A DNA stretch of 64,000 nucleotides from Promethearchaeota archaeon (GTDB lineage: Archaea; Asgardarchaeota; Lokiarchaeia; Sigyniarchaeales; SOKP01). The DNA lies in contig JAUVNS010000004.1 in assembly GCA_030599585.1 (NCBI GenBank), positions 287,087 to 351,086 of the forward strand. The letters run 5' to 3'. Shown here piece after piece: positions 10,637 to 20,106 of the stretch (the stretch's first letter is position 1; the number at the start of each line of letters is the position of its first letter). The notes below the pieces were generated by a model that was not told where the DNA came from, made no database searches, and was given only the letters and a program-made list of their open reading frames with translations. A program made the translations under genes and the position numbers.

Positions 10637-11479
10637 ATGAGTGAAGAAGATAAAATATTAAAAATTGGAATATTAAAAAATGGTACAATTGGGTCCTCTT
10701 TATTACTTGCTTTTCTTATGGATGAAAGGGCGGAGTCAAAAAGAATTAATGTTCGGGAAGTTACGTCAGGAGCGAAAATGAATCCATCAGAACAATGTGT
10801 AGAAACTATGCAAAAATTGCTTGAATTCGAACCTGATTTGATTTTAATGTCAAGTCCAAATGCGGCTCTTAAAGGGCCAAAAGCAGCAAGAGAATTAACG
10901 GGAAATGTTCCTACTATCGTGATTTCTGACGCACCTGCAAAGAAAGCTATTGATGAGTTTAAGGAGAGAAATATGGGGTACATAATTGTGGGCTGCGACT
11001 CAATGATCGGCGCGAGACGGCCTTTTCTAGACTCAGTTGAAATGAGTTGCTTTAATGCTGATTTATTAAAAGTTCTTGCGATTACTGGTGTGTTCAACAT
11101 TATAACTAATGAGTTAAATAAAGTTATAATGGATATGCTTCAAGGAAAACAACCGACTTTGCCCCAAATCACAATTAATGCAACTAACGCTACAGAAGCA
11201 GCAGGATTTTCGAACCCATATGCTCAAGCCAAAGCCTTTGCTGCTTTTGAACTTGCCGCCTCTATTTCAAAAATTACTGGAAAAGCATGCTTCAAATTGA
11301 ATGAAAGAGTGGAATATATGCCGTTATTAGCTGCAGCTCACGAAATGATGAAAGCAGCAGCAGATTTATGCATGGAAGCAAGAGAAATCGAAAAGGCTAA
11401 CGATTCAGTTTTTAGAACGCCTCATCACGCTAAACAGCACATTTTAACTAAGCATAAATTACACGAAAAAGAAGCGTAA
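10637..11479 (+). CDS. mtd: F420-dependent methylene-H4MPT dehydrogenase
   Basis: KIG..K.G.IG.S, DERA, SGAKM.P, SPN..L.GP..ARE, D.MIGARR.FLD..EM..FN.D, AAAHE, ..EK..D.V.RTPH. ATG at 10637 preferred over the track start at 10568. Confidence 0.95.
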   Translation: MSEEDKILKIGILKNGTIGSSLLLAFLMDERAESKRINVREVTSGAKMNPSEQCVETMQKLLEFEPDLILMSSPNAALKGPKAARELTGNVPTIVISDAPAKKAIDEFKERNMGYIIVGCDSMIGARRPFLDSVEMSCFNADLLKVLAITGVFNIITNELNKVIMDMLQGKQPTLPQITINATNATEAAGFSNPYAQAKAFAAFELAASISKITGKACFKLNERVEYMPLLAAAHEMMKAAADLCMEAREIEKANDSVFRTPHHAKQHILTKHKLHEKEA

Positions 11480-11554
11480 ATTAAGCGATTATTCTAGGAA
11501 TAAAAAAATCCTAGTTTTTATTTTAATTTATTATAAAAATTTTAGAGTTTAAAG

Positions 11555-12511
11555 TTAGAACTCATCCTTATTAAGGAATTTTTTCAAATTTTGGAAATCT
11601 TCCCCATTTAAGGAGTCAATAACTGTTTTGAATGTTTCAGAGGTTTTATTTTTTGTAACAATCATCAACACGGAGCCATTACTTACTTCTTTTACAATAA
11701 TATAATTGTTGTCGCTTTCATATATGACGGTGGATAATTCTAGAGGTGACAAAGGAGAATCTGAAAGATTCATAATTTTTGTAAATATTTGGTATATATT
11801 TGATTCAAGCGTTCCTATCTCTAGTTTCATAAATTGAAGTTTATGAGATAGTTCTATTTTTCCTAAAGTTGAAGCAATTATTAGACCATCAGGTTGATTA
11901 AACAAAAAGTACTCCGAGAGTGTAATAGTCTTTAATTGATCTAGCATGTGTCTTATTTTTCCTAGTTTTTGTAGCGCTAAAGTGTTTTGTTGGATTTTAA
12001 AATCTAGAACTTCAATTAACCTATGCTGAGCACTCCCCTCTTTCACCGATACAGGTGTAAAAGCAATTTTAGTTTTCATATCATCGGTGAGCTTAGCGAT
12101 AAGTACTTCATAAATTTCGTCTTCCTTTGATTCCTGAAGATCAGTCTTGTTTAGTAAAACGTACACTTTCTCAACTTGAGGACTATATTCAAAGATATAC
12201 TTTAAAAAATTATCAAAAATTTCTTTTAAACGAGGTTCGTTTGCAGCTGAATCCACCATGAAAACTGCCGTCATTACATCAGAAAATACAAGCTCACGTT
12301 TCTTTTCAGAAAAGTATCTGTCTAAATATACTTGTTGACCACCAAGATCCCATATAGATAATTCCATAATTCCACGAAAGATAAAATTTTCCCTCGAAAC
12401 TCCTTTTGTAGGCTTTAAATTGAGTACTTTCATGAAGTTATATCCTAAGCAAGTAGTACGCAACAGCGACGTTTTGCCAGCGTTTTGAGGACCAAATAAT
12501 AGTACTTTTAT
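11555..12511 (-). CDS. Rag/Gtr1-like small GTPase with C-terminal roadblock-like domain
   Basis: P-loop GPQNAGKTS lies in frame upstream of the track start (12463); G2 PT, G3 WDLGGQ, G4 NKTD; C-terminal LFNQPDGLIIAS...LE...MIVT roadblock pattern. Start is uncertain (see finding). Confidence 0.8.
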   Translation of the reverse strand: MKVLLFGPQNAGKTSLLRTTCLGYNFMKVLNLKPTKGVSRENFIFRGIMELSIWDLGGQQVYLDRYFSEKKRELVFSDVMTAVFMVDSAANEPRLKEIFDNFLKYIFEYSPQVEKVYVLLNKTDLQESKEDEIYEVLIAKLTDDMKTKIAFTPVSVKEGSAQHRLIEVLDFKIQQNTLALQKLGKIRHMLDQLKTITLSEYFLFNQPDGLIIASTLGKIELSHKLQFMKLEIGTLESNIYQIFTKIMNLSDSPLSPLELSTVIYESDNNYIIVKEVSNGSVLMIVTKNKTSETFKTVIDSLNGEDFQNLKKFLNKDEF

Positions 12512-12692
12512 ATCATTTCACCATTATGCAATTTATACTTCTAATATATTTTTTATAATAGGATGTTTATTTAATTTTTTCTAATTATGGTTAATTTTAT
12601 TGATATCAATTCCATTGACGATTGAATTAAATATAATTTTAAATTACCTTAAATACAATTTAAATTTAATAGAAAAAAGAATGTGAGTAACT

Positions 12693-13220
12693 ATGAATTT
12701 GGAAGATTATATTAGAAATGTCCCTAATTTTCCTATAAAGGGAATTCAGTTTAAAGATATTACAACTTTATGTAAAGTCCATTCCTCATTTAAAGAATCT
12801 TGTGATAGGCTAGTTAATGATTTTAAAGATAAGGGGATCACGAAAGTTTGTGCTATCGAGGCTAGAGGTTATGTATGGGGTGGTGTATTAGCATACCAGT
12901 TAGGTGCGGGATTTATTTTAATACGAAAACCTGGAAAACTGCCTGCTGAGATATTAAGTGAAACTTATGACCTTGAATATGGAACAGACACAATTGAAAT
13001 GCATAAGGATGCAATAGAAAAGGGTGAAAAAGTCTTATTATTTGACGATTTATTAGCAACTGGTGGAACCGCAAAAGCGGCTTGTAATTTAATAGAAAAG
13101 GCAGGGGGAATTGTTTCAGGAATTGCTTTTGTTATTGAACTTACAGGGAGTTTACATGGGAGAGATAAATTAGAAGGTTATGATTTTGTTAGTTTAATTA
13201 AGATTCCTGTAGAAGAATAA
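12693..13220 (+). CDS. apt: Adenine phosphoribosyltransferase
   Basis: IR.VPNFP.KGI.FKDIT, IEARG, RKPGKLP, Y.LEYG.D, DDLLATGGT PRPP motif. Confidence 0.97.
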   Translation: MNLEDYIRNVPNFPIKGIQFKDITTLCKVHSSFKESCDRLVNDFKDKGITKVCAIEARGYVWGGVLAYQLGAGFILIRKPGKLPAEILSETYDLEYGTDTIEMHKDAIEKGEKVLLFDDLLATGGTAKAACNLIEKAGGIVSGIAFVIELTGSLHGRDKLEGYDFVSLIKIPVEE

Positions 13221-13362
13221 CAAAAGAATTAAAATTACTTATTTTTATGAATTTTGCTTGATCAATATTTATCCCTTAAAATTCTCCATATTTTTTAGTC
13301 TTAAAACTTAAATAATTCTCTGAACTCACAATATTAAAATAAACATGTTATAAGGTGTAGAT

Positions 13363-14451
13363 TTGATTACTGACCTAAAACAAACTCCTTTTTACAATAT
13401 GCATGTAAGATTAGGAGCACGAATGGTAGATTTTGCTGGTTTTAGCATGCCAGTTCAATACGAAAGTATTATAAAAGAGCATGAAGCAGTGCGTACTGAA
13501 GCTGGGGTTTTTGATGTTTCTCACATGGGCGAATTTCTGTTGGAGGGTAATGATGTAATTGATTTTCTTCAGTATGTTATGATTAACGATTTAAGCTTGC
13601 TTGAACCGTCAAAAGGCCAATATTCTTGCATGTGTTACGAAAATGGAACTGTGGTTGATGATCTGGTTTATTATGAGGAAACAACAAATCGATTTAGAAT
13701 GATTGTCAATGCTGGAAATATCGAGAAAGATTTTCAATGGTTAAACGAGCATATCCGTGATAAAGACGTAAATATAATCAATTTATCCTCAAAGCGATCT
13801 CGTTTAGCGTTTCAAGGACCAAAATCTGATGAATATCTCCAAACTTTGGTAGATCTCGACTTATCATCAATAAAAAGATTTTATTTTGCTGACTGCAAGT
13901 TAAGTGGGATGCCGATTTTTTTAGCTAGAACAGGGTACACTGGTGAACGCGGATTTGAAATATCATTTGATAATGAATATGCTGAAAAAATCTGGGATGA
14001 GTTGATAAAAGCTGGAGCGTCGCCAGCTGGTTTGGGAGCTCGAGATTCGCTAAGACTTGAAGCAACTTATTCTTTATATGGTCACGAAATAAACGATTCT
14101 ATAACGCCTGTAGAAGCTGGATTGTTCTGGCTCGTTAAACCAAAAGAGGGCATTGATTATATCGGGAAAAATATTTTGTTAAAACAAAAAGAAGAAGGAA
14201 CCGATCGAATCATAGTTGGATTAAATCTATTGGATAGAGGTATTATTAGAGAAAAATTTAAAATTTTTAAAGACGGTGCTGAAATTGGATACGTAACCTC
14301 AGGCGGTTATTCACCAACTCTTAAAAAAACAATTGGTTTAGGTTTAATTGAAAAACAACATAAAAGTGAAGGAACTGAACTTGAAATTGAAGTTCGGAAT
14401 AAATTTCTTAAAGGAGTGGTCGTATCTACGCCGTTTTATCGTAATGTTTAA
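13363..14451 (+). CDS. gcvT: Glycine cleavage system T protein (aminomethyltransferase)
   Basis: GA.MV.FAG..MPVQY, EH.AVR, FDVSHMGE, RTGYTGE.GFE, GLGARDSLRLEA; TTG start after AAGGTG. Confidence 0.97.
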   Translation: MITDLKQTPFYNMHVRLGARMVDFAGFSMPVQYESIIKEHEAVRTEAGVFDVSHMGEFLLEGNDVIDFLQYVMINDLSLLEPSKGQYSCMCYENGTVVDDLVYYEETTNRFRMIVNAGNIEKDFQWLNEHIRDKDVNIINLSSKRSRLAFQGPKSDEYLQTLVDLDLSSIKRFYFADCKLSGMPIFLARTGYTGERGFEISFDNEYAEKIWDELIKAGASPAGLGARDSLRLEATYSLYGHEINDSITPVEAGLFWLVKPKEGIDYIGKNILLKQKEEGTDRIIVGLNLLDRGIIREKFKIFKDGAEIGYVTSGGYSPTLKKTIGLGLIEKQHKSEGTELEIEVRNKFLKGVVVSTPFYRNV

Positions 14452-14485
14452 ACTAAAAGAAGTTAAAAATAAATTGTGAAAAATT

Positions 14486-14881
14486 ATGGAATATGAATTT
14501 CCTAACGAGCTTAGGTATCTCCAAACGCATGAATGGATTCGAATAGAAGATAATATTGCAACTGTTGGGATAACAGACTATGCCCAACATCAATTAGGTG
14601 ATATAGTTTACATTGAGTTACCTGAAATCGGAACCGCATTGCAGAAAGGAGGTAATGTGGTCGAAATCGAATCTGTAAAAGCGGTTGGAGAACTGATGAT
14701 GCCATTATCTGGAAAAATCATCGAAGTTAATACTGGTCTTGCTGATAATCCCGAATCAGTTAATTCGTCTCCTTATGGTACTGGTTGGATGGTAAAGATA
14801 GAGATTAATAACAAAAGTGAAATTAACGAACTTTTAACTGTGGAAGCATACAAAGAAATTGTAGAAACAGAGAAAAAATAA
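14486..14881 (+). CDS. gcvH: Glycine cleavage system H protein
   Basis: HEW, VGITDYAQ..LGDIVY, IESVKA lipoyl-Lys motif, N.SPYG.GW. Confidence 0.97.
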   Translation: MEYEFPNELRYLQTHEWIRIEDNIATVGITDYAQHQLGDIVYIELPEIGTALQKGGNVVEIESVKAVGELMMPLSGKIIEVNTGLADNPESVNSSPYGTGWMVKIEINNKSEINELLTVEAYKEIVETEKK

Positions 14882-14939
14882 ACTTTTATTCCCATTTTAT
14901 ATTTTATTCCTTATATTTTTAAAGTTTGAGTTGTTTAAT

Positions 14940-16280
14940 ATGGATTTTGTCCCCCACGATGATGATACTATTACTGAAATGCTTGAAGTAATAGGTGTTA
15001 ATAAAATAGAAGATTTATTTAAAGACATTCCTAAAGATTTAATAATAAATGGCTTAAATCTACCTGAAGGTTTATCGGAACCTGATGTTTTGAAGAAATT
15101 AAAAGAGCTTGGTGCTACGAATACAATCTATACAAATTCCTTTTTAGGAGCGGGATGTTATTTTCATTACATTCCTACTTTAGTGGATTTTGTGGTTAGT
15201 CGTTCAGAGTTTTATACTTCCTACACTCCTTATCAAGCAGAGGCTAGTCAAGGGTATTTGCAAGCAATTTACGAATATCAGAGCATAATTTCTCGTCTAA
15301 CTCAGATGGATGTAGCCAACGCGAGTATGTATGATGGTTCAACTGCCCTTGCTGAAGCCGCTATTATGGCATCTATTATAACAAGGAAAAACCAAATAGT
15401 AATATTAGAAGGGGTTCACCCGGAATACATTGAAGTTGTCAATACTTATTGTTGGGGTCAAAACATAGCACTCAAAATTGTACCTATAGATAAAATTGAG
15501 GACGAATTAAACCAAGAAATAGCTGCTGTTCTATTTCAAAGTCCTAATTTTTTTGGTAATATAGAAGATGTATCTGTGTTAGCAAAAAAGATTAAAAAAA
15601 CGGCTCCAAATTGTTTATTAATCCAATGTATGACCGATCCTACCTGTTTAGGCGTTCTGAAGCCACCTGGTGAAACAGGTGTAGATATTTTTGTAGCAGA
15701 AGGACAATCTTTTGGAATTACTCCTTCTTTTGGTGGACCGGGGTTAGGAATTTTTGCGGTAAAAGAGAAATTTTTGCGGAAAATACCTGGGAGATTAGTT
15801 GGAAAAACTAAAGAAATTAACGGTGAGCGTGAAGGTTTTTTATTAACTCTACAAGCTCGGGAGCAACATATACGAAGAGAAAAAGCTAGTTCAAATATTT
15901 GCACAAATCAGGCATTATGTTCATTATCGGCGTTAATTTATCTTGTTTCATTAGGAAAGACTGGATTGCGTAAAATAGCCACTCAAAACTTTCAAAAAGC
16001 TCATTATGTTAAAAAGAAAATAAAAAAAATTCCGGGTTATGAGGTTTTAAACAATAAACCTACATATAACGAGTTCATCGTAAAATGCCCCGATATCGAT
16101 TCTTTAATTCAAGAATGTAAAAAGCTCAACTTACTTCCTCCCCTTCCACTTTCAAAATACTATCCTGAAATGAAAGATGTGGCACTTATTTGCGTAACCG
16201 AATCAAATTCCCGGGAATCCATTGATAGGTTTATCAAAGCCTTAGAACTTGCTAATAACAATAAGGAGGCGAGAGATTAA
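14940..16280 (+). CDS. gcvPA: Glycine dehydrogenase (decarboxylating) subunit 1
   Basis: FLGAG.Y.H.IP, EFYTSYTPYQ.E.SQG.LQ, NASMYDG, PGRLVG, LQAREQHIRREKA.SNICTNQ; ATG at 14940. Confidence 0.96.
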   Translation: MDFVPHDDDTITEMLEVIGVNKIEDLFKDIPKDLIINGLNLPEGLSEPDVLKKLKELGATNTIYTNSFLGAGCYFHYIPTLVDFVVSRSEFYTSYTPYQAEASQGYLQAIYEYQSIISRLTQMDVANASMYDGSTALAEAAIMASIITRKNQIVILEGVHPEYIEVVNTYCWGQNIALKIVPIDKIEDELNQEIAAVLFQSPNFFGNIEDVSVLAKKIKKTAPNCLLIQCMTDPTCLGVLKPPGETGVDIFVAEGQSFGITPSFGGPGLGIFAVKEKFLRKIPGRLVGKTKEINGEREGFLLTLQAREQHIRREKASSNICTNQALCSLSALIYLVSLGKTGLRKIATQNFQKAHYVKKKIKKIPGYEVLNNKPTYNEFIVKCPDIDSLIQECKKLNLLPPLPLSKYYPEMKDVALICVTESNSRESIDRFIKALELANNNKEARD

Positions 16281-17716
16281 TGGATTCAAAAGATTCTTTG
16301 ATCTTTGAAAAGGGTAATAAAAATACTCAAATCAACTTCATTCCAAAGATGGATATTGAATTCGATGAACTCGAAAGCATTATTCCAAAAAATTTAATTC
16401 GAGATGAAGTTCAAATTCCAGACATCCCTGAAGTGGAGATAGTTCGTCACTATGTAAAACTGAGTAAAATCAATTACGGTCTCGATTCAGGGATTTACCC
16501 ATTGGGCTCTTGTACGATGAAATATAATCCTAAAATCAACGAACATATAGCTCGATTAGCTGAATTTTCACAAATTCATCCTCTTCAAGAGGAAAACGAA
16601 GGTGCTCTACAATTAATACATAATATTTCAAACATGCTTGGTGAAATAACGGGTATGGACGGGTTTACGCTACAACCCGCAGCTGGAGCTCATGGAGAAC
16701 TCGTCGGATTGTTAATATTGAAAAAATTTTTTGAGACAAAAGGAGTAGTAAAGAATAAGATTATAGTTCCCGATTCTGCTCATGGAACTAATCCCGCATC
16801 GGCTAAAATGGCAGGATTTTCGATAATTGAACTACAATCAAATAAATCCGGAGAGGTTCCGCTAGATCATCTTGAATTTGCAATGCAACAAGGAGATGTT
16901 GCAGGAATTATGCTTACAAATCCTAATACACTAGGTGTTTTTGATAAACAAATTAAAGATATCACTAAAATCGTCCATAAATATGGTGGATTATGTTATT
17001 ACGATGGAGCAAATTTAAACCCCATGTTAGGAATTTGTCGCCCGAGAGATATGGGTTTTGATATAGTTCATTTAAATTTGCATAAAACTTTTTCAACACC
17101 TCATGGAGGTGGAGGTCCAGGTTCAGGACCCGTAGGGGTTACAAATGAATTGATCCCATTTCTCCCCAAACCATGCATCATTTCAACTGAAGATGGTATT
17201 GTGTGTACTCATGACAAAACTCATTCAATAGGGAGAATAAAAGCTTTTTGGGGCAATTTTGGGATAATCCTACGCGCTTATGTATATATTCTTACGTTGG
17301 GCGCCGAAGGATTGAAAAGGGTTGGTCAAATAGCAGTATTAAACGCTAATTACCTTAGAACCCAACTACAAAAAAAGTATAATCTTCCGTATAACCGAAT
17401 TTGTCAACACGAATTTGTCTTATCCGATAAAAATATGCCAAACGAGATTACCACTGAAGATATTGCTAAACGAATATTAGATTATGGCTTTTATGCTCCA
17501 ACAATTTATTTTCCACTAGTTGTAAATGGCGCTCTAATGATTGAACCAACAGAAACAGAATCTAAAGACTCTTTAGACAAATTTATTGAAGCTATGTACC
17601 AAATTTACGAAGAAGCTTTATATGAGCCAGAAAAATTAAAAAATGCTCCATCTAATACACCTATTGGACGCCTTGACGCAGTAAATGCTGCCCGAAAGCC
17701 GATATTACGCGATTAA
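16280..17716 (+). CDS. gcvPB: Glycine dehydrogenase (decarboxylating) subunit 2
   Basis: YPLGSCTMKYNP, LQPAAGAHGE, SAHGTNPASA, HLNLHKTFSTPHGGGGPG (PLP Lys), IEPTETES. Confidence 0.97.
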   Translation: MDSKDSLIFEKGNKNTQINFIPKMDIEFDELESIIPKNLIRDEVQIPDIPEVEIVRHYVKLSKINYGLDSGIYPLGSCTMKYNPKINEHIARLAEFSQIHPLQEENEGALQLIHNISNMLGEITGMDGFTLQPAAGAHGELVGLLILKKFFETKGVVKNKIIVPDSAHGTNPASAKMAGFSIIELQSNKSGEVPLDHLEFAMQQGDVAGIMLTNPNTLGVFDKQIKDITKIVHKYGGLCYYDGANLNPMLGICRPRDMGFDIVHLNLHKTFSTPHGGGGPGSGPVGVTNELIPFLPKPCIISTEDGIVCTHDKTHSIGRIKAFWGNFGIILRAYVYILTLGAEGLKRVGQIAVLNANYLRTQLQKKYNLPYNRICQHEFVLSDKNMPNEITTEDIAKRILDYGFYAPTIYFPLVVNGALMIEPTETESKDSLDKFIEAMYQIYEEALYEPEKLKNAPSNTPIGRLDAVNAARKPILRD

Positions 17717-17793
17717 TTACATTTTAAGACCAATATCGGGATGTAGCAGTATAAATAATAATAAAAAAATATAGACTTAATGGTGTTGTTTTT

Positions 17794-18657
17794 TTAAATT
17801 ATTGAGCCTGAAAGAGAATGTTTACATGTGCACTCATTTTCAAAATCAATTTTAGGTATTGTTAGTTCTAACATTTTCATTAAGTTTACCGAGTTTTTCT
17901 CCATCGTATTTAAGATTTCTTCTATACTCACAGCAAGTTTCTTCACGGGCCCTCCACAGGTCTCACAATATTCTTTAATTTCCACGACTCCACAATTCTG
18001 GCATTCCCCTGCCCACACATCTAAATCAGTTACCATAGCAATACAACTGTAAAAAATCTCCTTTTCAGCTGCGAGGACTACCTCGGGGTAAGTTGTCATT
18101 CCTATGATATCTCCTCCCCATTGTCTAAACATTTTAGATTCGGCTCTTGTCGAAAATCGAGGACCTTCAATACAAATGTATGTACCACCCTTTTGAATAT
18201 TTAATCCTTCAATATTTTTTCCAGTTTCGTAAAAGAGATTATTAAGATAACTACAATATGGATCTGCTTGGTCAATATGACACACTTGTCCACCCTCATA
18301 AAAAGTATCTAACCTCTTTTTTGTTCTATCTATGTATTGATCTACTATGATAAATTTACCTTTATCGTGCTCCTTTTTTAAAGATCCAACTGCTGATGGT
18401 GAGATTATTCCCTTGACTCCCAATTCTTTCAACGCCCATATATTAGCTCTAGAATTTACCTTGTGCGGAGGAATTATATGACCTTTACCATGTCGTGAAA
18501 TAAATGCAACCTTTTTACCTTCAAACTCACCAACCTGAATAAAATCAGAAGTATGGCCATAAGGTGTATAAATTTTTAGCTCTTCAACATTATCAAGTTC
18601 TATATCTGAGCCAGTTCCTCCAATTATTCCAATTTCAGCTTTACCTTCAAATTTCAT
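17794..18657 (-). CDS. mtnP: S-methyl-5'-thioadenosine phosphorylase (MTAP), with Zn-ribbon insertion
   Basis: IGIIGG.G, TPYG, RHG..H..PPH.VN.RANI.AL, EGPRFSTRAES, IGMT..PE, VTD.D.W. Confidence 0.92.
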   Translation of the reverse strand: MKFEGKAEIGIIGGTGSDIELDNVEELKIYTPYGHTSDFIQVGEFEGKKVAFISRHGKGHIIPPHKVNSRANIWALKELGVKGIISPSAVGSLKKEHDKGKFIIVDQYIDRTKKRLDTFYEGGQVCHIDQADPYCSYLNNLFYETGKNIEGLNIQKGGTYICIEGPRFSTRAESKMFRQWGGDIIGMTTYPEVVLAAEKEIFYSCIAMVTDLDVWAGECQNCGVVEIKEYCETCGGPVKKLAVSIEEILNTMEKNSVNLMKMLELTIPKIDFENECTCKHSLSGSII

Positions 18658-18777
18658 AATTTAAATCCCATTTTTTTAAGTCTGAATTTAAGTAAATAAA
18701 AAACTTGATATTTTTGGATTGTTTTAACTATGTAAAAAGTTTTTTGATATTTATTGAAAATTAGTAGAGTTTTTTAA

Positions 18778-20082
18778 ATGGCAAAAATTACATTTTTAGG
18801 GTGCTGTAGAGAAGTCGGACGCTCAGCAATATTAATCGAATCAAAAAGTGGAGCACAATGCATTCTAGATTACGGGATTAGATTTAAAGGGGAAGAACGG
18901 TTACCACTTAAAGGGGATATTCATAATCTTAAAGCAATTGCTCTTTCTCATTGTCATGTTGACCATTCTGGAGGATTGCCATTTTTATTTAAAGATAGCG
19001 ACATCCCGTTTTTCACCAATCCGTTAACACTAAGAATTTCAGAAATCTTACTTCAAGATATGATTAAAATTTCTAATTATCCCTACCCTTTCGGATACAG
19101 AGAGCTTAAAAAAATTAGAAAAAATGCTTTATTTTTAAAAAATGGAGTGCGCCAAAAAATAGATCATGAGTTTTATCTTACATTTTTCAGTGCAGGACAT
19201 ATCCCCGGTTCTGTTTCTATTTTAGTTGAAGTCGATAAGAAGAAAATACTCTATACCGGCGACATCAACAACCAAGAAACAAACCTAATTTCTCCGGCTA
19301 ACCCTCACGATTTACCTGAGATAGATGCTCTAATTACAGAATCCACCTATTCTAATAGAGATCATCCCTTAAGAGAAGAACTCGAAAAAAGTTTTATTGA
19401 AGATACTGTAAACACCATTGAGAACGGTGGGAGTGTTTTAATCCCTGCTTTTGGGGTTGCTCGATCACAGGAAATTTTGCTTGTTTTAGAAAAGTACAAT
19501 TACAAAAACGATGTTTACATCGATGGGCTAGCTAGGAAAATTTTAACAGAGTATTCTCATTTTCCTGAGTCATTCCGTGATTTTGCTCGCTTTAAGTCAG
19601 CAGCGAAAAAGGCTCAATTCGTTTCTAAGGAAAAGAGAAAGAAAATTGGAGGAAAGTCTCGAGCTTTGATTATATCTCCGTCAGGTATGTTAAAAGGTGG
19701 AGCTGCTATAGATTATATCCCAACTTTTTTAGATGATCCAAATTCTGCTGTTTTTTTAGTTGGGTATCAAGTAGAGGGGACCCCTGGTAGAAAATTAGTT
19801 GATGAAAAAATTTTTGAGTTTAAAGAGAAAGGCAGAAGAAATTTCCAATCTCGAGATATGTTAATTAAAGCAAAGTGTAAAATAGAATACTTTGACTTCT
19901 CAAGTCACGCAGATAAAGTCCACCTAAACGAATATATTAATCAACTTAAATTTCGCGATAACTCTAATTTTATTTTTTGCGTACACGGAGATGAGAAAGC
20001 AACGACTTCCTTTGCTCACAATTTATCAAAAAAAATTTATAATTCTGTAGCACCAGAGATAGGAGAAAGCTATCTATTATAG
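18778..20082 (+). CDS. MBL-fold beta-CASP ribonuclease (aCPSF2-like, no KH domains)
   Basis: LG...EVGRS, SHCHVDHSG, AGHIPGS, YTGD, ESTY, P.F.V.RSQE, SGML.GG, GYQ.EGTPG, FSSHAD, VHG. Confidence 0.92.
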   Translation: MAKITFLGCCREVGRSAILIESKSGAQCILDYGIRFKGEERLPLKGDIHNLKAIALSHCHVDHSGGLPFLFKDSDIPFFTNPLTLRISEILLQDMIKISNYPYPFGYRELKKIRKNALFLKNGVRQKIDHEFYLTFFSAGHIPGSVSILVEVDKKKILYTGDINNQETNLISPANPHDLPEIDALITESTYSNRDHPLREELEKSFIEDTVNTIENGGSVLIPAFGVARSQEILLVLEKYNYKNDVYIDGLARKILTEYSHFPESFRDFARFKSAAKKAQFVSKEKRKKIGGKSRALIISPSGMLKGGAAIDYIPTFLDDPNSAVFLVGYQVEGTPGRKLVDEKIFEFKEKGRRNFQSRDMLIKAKCKIEYFDFSSHADKVHLNEYINQLKFRDNSNFIFCVHGDEKATTSFAHNLSKKIYNSVAPEIGESYLL

Positions 20083-20106
20083 AAAGTAATATTTTAAATT
20101 AAATTT

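Noticed and set aside
9676-11100. Antisense ORFs over ftr and mtd (9676-10044, 10102-10353, 10576-11100)
   Set aside because: Shadow ORFs of well-supported genes, with no protein-family motifs.
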